Source: Alphaproteobacteria bacterium
GTDB lineage: Bacteria > Pseudomonadota > Alphaproteobacteria > MPNO01
Direction of reading: 5' to 3'
Length of the DNA: 64,000 bases
Assembly: GCA_964291675.2 (NCBI GenBank)
Contig: OZ219865.1
Span: 64,001 to 128,000, forward strand
Position numbers and translations under genes: made by a program. A model generated the notes under the pieces. The model did no database searches. It had not been told where the DNA came from and saw only the letters and a list, made by a program, of their open reading frames with translations. Numbering within the stretch: position 1 is the stretch's first letter; the number at the start of each line of letters is the position of its first letter. Of this stretch, positions 58,085 to 64,000 are shown in pieces.

Positions 58085-58525
58085 ATGCGACACCGCATCA
58101 AGGGACGCAAGCTCAACCGGACCAGCGCCCATCGCACCGCCATGTTCCGCAACATGGCGGCGGCGCTGGTGAAGCACGAGCAGATCACCACCACCCTGCC
58201 CAAGGCGAAGGAGCTCAGGCCCATCGTCGACCGGCTGATCACGCTGGGCAAGCGGGGCCCCGGGGATTTGCACGCCCGCCGCCAGGCGATCCGCCGGCTG
58301 GCCGGCGACGCCAAGCTCGCCGACAAGCTGTTCACCACGCTGGCCGAACGCTACGCCGACCGCAAGGGCGGCTATACCAGGGTGCTGAGGGCCGGCTTCC
58401 GCTACGGCGACTCGGCGCCGATGGCGGTGATCGAGCTGGTCGACCGCGACCCCGAGGCGAAGGGGCTCGACTCGGGTCCGGTGCAGGAGCGCGCGCCGGT
58501 CGAGGAGGAAGAGGCGGTCGCCTGA
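58085..58525 (+). CDS. rplQ: 50S ribosomal protein L17
   Basis: [33 protein letters not shown]. Confidence 0.99.
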   Translation: MRHRIKGRKLNRTSAHRTAMFRNMAAALVKHEQITTTLPKAKELRPIVDRLITLGKRGPGDLHARRQAIRRLAGDAKLADKLFTTLAERYADRKGGYTRVLRAGFRYGDSAPMAVIELVDRDPEAKGLDSGPVQERAPVEEEEAVA

Positions 58526-58810
58526 CCCGGCGGCGGCGCGCGACTTGGGAGGCGGCAGGCTCCTTCGTCGTGAGCGAAATCGAGATCCTGAAACGGGTTT
58601 TCAGACACGCGCATGGGGAGGACGCAATAGAGACCTCCCCGTTGAGCGATCCAGTCGTCAGCGCGGCGAGCCACGAAGTGCGGACCCGACGGGCGTAGCA
58701 GGAGTAGGCCAGCGATCCGGATTATTTGATGTGCCATTTTGGAGTCCGCCCCTTATGCTGATAGGGCCGGTCAAGGGGAATCGCTGGCCGGCGAAGTTCA
58801 GAGTACCGAA

Positions 58811-59035
58811 ATGAACAGCGAGATCATCGCTCTGATCGCTATCCAGGTGGCCGTTCTGGGGTTCCTGTGGGCATTGCATCGAGACATCTCGTCGCTGCGC
58901 GAGCGCATGGCGAAAATGGAAGGTCAAATTGAGGGAATTCGCACGTCCGTAGAGGCGTTCGAAGGGCAGATCAACACGCTCAGAGGGCTGGTGATCTCCC
59001 GCGCCGGTGGGCACGAACGAGGGAATGATCCATGA
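58811..59035 (+). CDS. Small hypothetical protein, N-terminal TM plus coiled coil
   Basis: MNSEIIALIAIQVAVLGFLW followed by a heptad-like LRERMAKMEGQIEGI segment; stop overlaps the next ATG. Confidence 0.6.
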   Translation: MNSEIIALIAIQVAVLGFLWALHRDISSLRERMAKMEGQIEGIRTSVEAFEGQINTLRGLVISRAGGHERGNDP

Positions 59036-59253
59036 GCCAGATCGCAGACCAGTCCCTCATCGAGGTCGGGACTGTGGTCCAGATCAGATCGGGCGGTCCG
59101 GTCATGACGGTTATCGCAATCGAGGCTCCGGCGACCGCGGTCTGCAAGTGGTACGACTTGATTTGGAACACCGAACGATTTCCGGTTGCCGCCCTGCGTG
59201 CTGTTCCGGAGCCCGCAGAAGGGACCCGCCCCGGCCTGTCGTCAGTCCGCTGA
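59032..59253 (+). CDS. YodC/DUF2158 family small protein
   Basis: VGTVVQIRSGGPVMTV, VCKWY, ERFPVAAL. Confidence 0.75.
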   Translation: MSQIADQSLIEVGTVVQIRSGGPVMTVIAIEAPATAVCKWYDLIWNTERFPVAALRAVPEPAEGTRPGLSSVR

Positions 59254-59331
59254 CGGACTCCGAACCCCACATGTAAGGTCCTTTTCATTTTCCGGGCGGC
59301 GCGGCATGGTGCCCATCCTGAGGGGAGCGCC

Positions 59332-60756
<1,425 letters not shown>

Positions 60757-60759
60757 CCG

Positions 60760-62058
60760 GTGAACGCCCCGAGCGAACGCGAACCCGGCCTGTTCGAAGC
60801 CGAGGCGCCGCGGCCGCTGGCCGACCGGCTGCGCCCGGCGCGGCTGGAGGACGTGCTGGGCCAGGACCATCTGCTCGGCGCCGAGGGGCCGATCGGCCGC
60901 ATGGTGGCCGAGGGCAGGCTGACCTCGATGGTGCTCTGGGGCCCGCCGGGGAGCGGCAAGACCACCATCGCGCGTCTGCTGGCGACCGCGACGGCGCATC
61001 GTTTCGAGCCCCTGTCGGCGGTCTTCTCGGGGGTCGCCGATCTCAAGCGGGTGTTCGACGAGGCGCGCGGGCGGCGCCTCGGCGGGCAGGGGACGGTACT
61101 CTTCGTCGACGAGATCCACCGCTTCAACCGCGCCCAGCAGGACGGCTTCCTGCCCGTCGTCGAGGACGGCACGGTGATCCTCGTCGGCGCGACGACTGAA
61201 AACCCGTCCTTCGAGCTCAACGGCGCGCTCTTGTCGCGCTGCCAGGTCTTCGTGCTCCACCGGCTCGACGAGGCGGCGGCGGAGACGCTCTTGCGCCGGG
61301 CCGAGGCGGAGCGCGGCCGGCGCGTGCCGCTCGACGGCGCGGCGCGGGCGGCGCTGCTCGCGATGGCGGACGGCGACGGGCGCTATGTGCTCAACCTCGC
61401 CGAGGAGCTGCTGGCGATGCCCGACGGCGAGACGCTCGACGTCGCCGGGCTCGCCCGCGCCGTGCAGCGCCGCGCGCCGCTCTACGACAAGTCGCGCGAC
61501 GGGCACTACAATCTGATCAGCGCGCTGCACAAGTCGATCCGGGGGTCGGACCCGGACGCTGCGCTCTACTGGCTCGCCCGCATGCTCCAGGGCGGCGAGG
61601 ACCCGCGCTACCTGGCCCGCCGCCTGACCCGGCTCGCCGCCGAGGATGTCGGCCTGGCCGACCCGCAGGCGCTGGTGCAGGCGATCGCCGCCTGGCAGGC
61701 CTATGAGCGGCTGGGCTCTCCCGAGGGCGAGCTGGCGATCGCGCAGCTTGCGGTCTATCTCGCCAACGCGCCCAAGTCGAACGCGCTCTACCGGGGCTTT
61801 GGCGCGGCCTGGGCGGCGGCCGAGCGCACCGGCTCGCTGATGCCGCCGAGCCATATCCTCAACGCGCCGACCCGGCTGATGAAGGATCTCGGCTACGGCG
61901 CCGGCTATCGCTACGACCACGACGAGGAGAGCGGGGTCTCGGGCCAGAGCTACTTCCCCGACGGCATGGAGCGGGAGGTCTACTACCGGCCCACCGACCG
62001 CGGCGCGGAGGGCGAGATGGCCGCCCGCATCGAGACGCTCAGGGCGCGGCGCAGGTGA
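60760..62058 (+). CDS. rarA: Replication-associated recombination protein A (RarA/MgsA)
   Basis: PLADRLRP, GPPGSGKTT, DEIHRFNRAQQD, SALHKSIRGSD. Confidence 0.96.
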   Translation: MNAPSEREPGLFEAEAPRPLADRLRPARLEDVLGQDHLLGAEGPIGRMVAEGRLTSMVLWGPPGSGKTTIARLLATATAHRFEPLSAVFSGVADLKRVFDEARGRRLGGQGTVLFVDEIHRFNRAQQDGFLPVVEDGTVILVGATTENPSFELNGALLSRCQVFVLHRLDEAAAETLLRRAEAERGRRVPLDGAARAALLAMADGDGRYVLNLAEELLAMPDGETLDVAGLARAVQRRAPLYDKSRDGHYNLISALHKSIRGSDPDAALYWLARMLQGGEDPRYLARRLTRLAAEDVGLADPQALVQAIAAWQAYERLGSPEGELAIAQLAVYLANAPKSNALYRGFGAAWAAAERTGSLMPPSHILNAPTRLMKDLGYGAGYRYDHDEESGVSGQSYFPDGMEREVYYRPTDRGAEGEMAARIETLRARRR

Positions 62059-63005
62059 GCCCGGCGCGCATCCTCACCGTCGGCCCCGACGACGACGACA
62101 TCCGCCTCGACCGCTGGTTCAGGCGCCACTTTCCCGCGCTCGGCCACGGGCATCTGGAGAAGCTGCTGCGCACCGGCCAGATCCGGGTGGACGGAGGGCG
62201 CGCCAGGGCCTCGACGCGCGTCGCCGCCGGCCGCGCGGTGCGCATACCGCCGGGCCTCGCCGAGGAGTTCTCCCGGCCGGACCGGCGCGCCCCGGTCTCC
62301 CCGTCCGACGCCGAGTGCCTGCGCCGCCGTGTGCTCTATCGCGACGCCGGGACGATCGTCATCGACAAGCCGGCCGGGCTCGCGGTGCAGGGCGGCTCCA
62401 AGGTGAAGTCCTCGGTCGATGCGATGCTGGATGCGCTGCGCTTCGACGCCGGCGAACGCCCCCGGCTGGTCCACCGGCTCGACAAGGACACCAGCGGCGT
62501 GCTCGCGCTCGCGCGCTCCCGCAAGGCCGCCGCCGCGCTGGTCGCCGCGTTCCGCGAGGGCCGGGTGGAGAAGGAGTACTGGGCGCTGGTCGCGGGCGTG
62601 CCGCCGCGCGAGAGCGGCGTCGTCGACCTCGCGCTGGCCAAGGCGCCCGCGCCCGGCGGCGGCGAGAGCGTGCGCGCGGGCGCCGCCGGGGCGAAGCGGG
62701 CGCGCACCGCCTGGCGGGTGGTCGCCGAGGCGCGCCGCGTCGCCTGGCTGTCGCTCAGGCCGGAGACCGGGCGCACCCACCAGATCCGCGTCCATTGCCG
62801 GGCGCTCGGCACGCCGATCGTGGGCGACGGGAAGTACGGCGCCGACGCGCCCCGGATCGACGGGCCGCCGCCGGCGGGACGGCTGATGCTGCACGCCCGC
62901 CGGCTGGTGTTGCCGGGAGAGGGGGGCGGGGCGGTTTCGGTCGCCGCGCCGCTCGATGCGGCGATGCGGGCGCAATGGGCGTTCTGGGGGTTCGACGAAT
63001 CGTGA
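62055..63005 (+). CDS. RluA/RluC family pseudouridine synthase with S4 domain
   Basis: RLDRWF, KPAGLAVQGG, VHRLDKDTSG, TGRTHQIRVH. Confidence 0.95.
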   Translation: MSPARILTVGPDDDDIRLDRWFRRHFPALGHGHLEKLLRTGQIRVDGGRARASTRVAAGRAVRIPPGLAEEFSRPDRRAPVSPSDAECLRRRVLYRDAGTIVIDKPAGLAVQGGSKVKSSVDAMLDALRFDAGERPRLVHRLDKDTSGVLALARSRKAAAALVAAFREGRVEKEYWALVAGVPPRESGVVDLALAKAPAPGGGESVRAGAAGAKRARTAWRVVAEARRVAWLSLRPETGRTHQIRVHCRALGTPIVGDGKYGADAPRIDGPPPAGRLMLHARRLVLPGEGGGAVSVAAPLDAAMRAQWAFWGFDES

Positions 63006-63709
63006 CCGGCGACAACGGCGCCCCGCTCGCCGCCTTCGACCTCGACGGCACGCTGCTCGACAGCGCGGGCCAGATCGTCGAGCGCGTCGTCGCCTGCTGG
63101 GAGGTTTGCGGCTTCCCGCCGCCCGACCCGGTGCTCGCCAGGCGGATCATCGGCCTGCCGTGGAAGGAGAGCATTCTGGCGCTCCTGCCCGATGCCGGAC
63201 CGGCGGAATTCGAGAAGATCCGCCGCTACTACGACGACGTGCGGGAGGGCAGGCGCGCGGCCCCGCCGCCGACCGAGACCCTGTTCGACGGCGCGCGCGC
63301 GACGCTGGAGGCGCTGCGCGGACGCGGCTATGCGCTCGCCATCGTCACCAGCCGCACCGGCGACCGGCTGGCGGCGCTGTTGCGCGACCACGGCATCGAC
63401 GAGTTCTTTCTCGCCTGCAAGACCGCCGACATGGGCCCGTCCAAGCCCGACCCCTTTCTGCTCCGCCAGGCGATGGAGGACGCGGGCGCCGGCCCGGCGA
63501 CCACAGTGATGATCGGCGACACGACCTTCGATATCGGCATGGCGGTCAACGCGGGGACGCATGCCGTCGGGGTGAGCTGGGGGGTGCACGAGGTCCACGA
63601 GCTGCGCGCGGCCGGCGCGCATTCGATCGCCGACAGCTTCCGCGAGGTCCGCGACGCGGCGGTCGCGATGACCGGCGGGGCGGCTGGACCCGGCCGCCGT
63701 CCGGGGTAG
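63002..63709 (+). CDS. HAD-IA hydrolase (phosphoglycolate phosphatase-like)
   Basis: FDLDGTLLDS, SKPDP, MIGDTTFD, GVSWG; GTG start overlaps the upstream TGA. Confidence 0.92.
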   Translation: MTGDNGAPLAAFDLDGTLLDSAGQIVERVVACWEVCGFPPPDPVLARRIIGLPWKESILALLPDAGPAEFEKIRRYYDDVREGRRAAPPPTETLFDGARATLEALRGRGYALAIVTSRTGDRLAALLRDHGIDEFFLACKTADMGPSKPDPFLLRQAMEDAGAGPATTVMIGDTTFDIGMAVNAGTHAVGVSWGVHEVHELRAAGAHSIADSFREVRDAAVAMTGGAAGPGRRPG

Positions 63710-63748
63710 AATCGGCGCCCGCATATTCCGCCCGGGAGCGGTGGTTCG

Positions 63749-64000
63749 ATGTCGCTGCTCGACTGGAATCCGCAAGACTTCAGCGAGATTCCCTATGCCT
63801 TCTACTCGGACGAGGGCGTCCACCGCCTGGAGTCCGAACGGGTGTTCCAGGGCGAGACCTGGAACTTTCTCGCGCTCGACTGCGAGATCCCGAATGCCGG
63901 CGACTACAAGACGACGATGGTCGGCGAAGTCCCGGTCGTCGCGGTGCGCGACGAGACCGGCGCGGTCAACGCGATGGTCAATCGCTGCGCCCACCGGGGC
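63749..64000 (+). CDS. Rieske aromatic ring-hydroxylating oxygenase alpha subunit (3' truncated by window)
   Basis: Translated by hand: ...IPYAFYSD...ERVFQGETWNFLALDCEIPNAGDYKTT...VNRCAHRG (Rieske CxH). Confidence 0.9.
   Translation, partial: MSLLDWNPQDFSEIPYAFYSDEGVHRLESERVFQGETWNFLALDCEIPNAGDYKTTMVGEVPVVAVRDETGAVNAMVNRCAHRG

Noticed and set aside
58570-58698. Short ORF VSEIEILKRVF...EDAIET as a HicB-like antitoxin remnant
   Set aside because: Resemblance too weak to support without a profile search
59265-59272. CCCCACAT upstream of degP, identical to the ibpA -10 box, as an RpoH promoter
   Set aside because: No TTGAA-like -35 at the proper spacing; insufficient support

Overview
High-GC alphaproteobacterial chromosomal segment (LexA box type, ROSE thermometer and the rpsM-rpsK-rpoA-rplQ-degP-rarA-rluA gene order all point to Alphaproteobacteria; Rhodospirillales-like is an inference). 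It carries many catabolic genes: an aromatic ring-cleavage run linked to a Gfo/Idh/MocA-DUF993-IolE triad, a tungsten-type AOR, amidohydrolases and TauE exporters. It also has ibpA with an RpoH promoter and ROSE element, a GldAFG/DUF4340 ABC system, a LexA-controlled imuA-imuB-dnaE2 cassette, a Fic gene, an lptFGD operon and the alpha ribosomal operon. The most notable structure is not in the ORF track: a ~12.6 kb lower-GC cargo element (18508-31106) with no intact transposase. It is bounded by IS1380-like terminal inverted repeats and a near-perfect 6-bp target duplication, and sits exactly between two convergent stop codons. Inside it, two directly repeated IS630 remnants sharing one deletion bracket a non-canonical ectoine uptake/catabolism cluster (ArgE-type deacetylase instead of EutE, two EutD-like hydrolases, FCD-type GntR instead of EnuR). 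No rRNA, tRNA or CRISPR array was recognised. All family calls are from motif recognition by eye, not from database searches.
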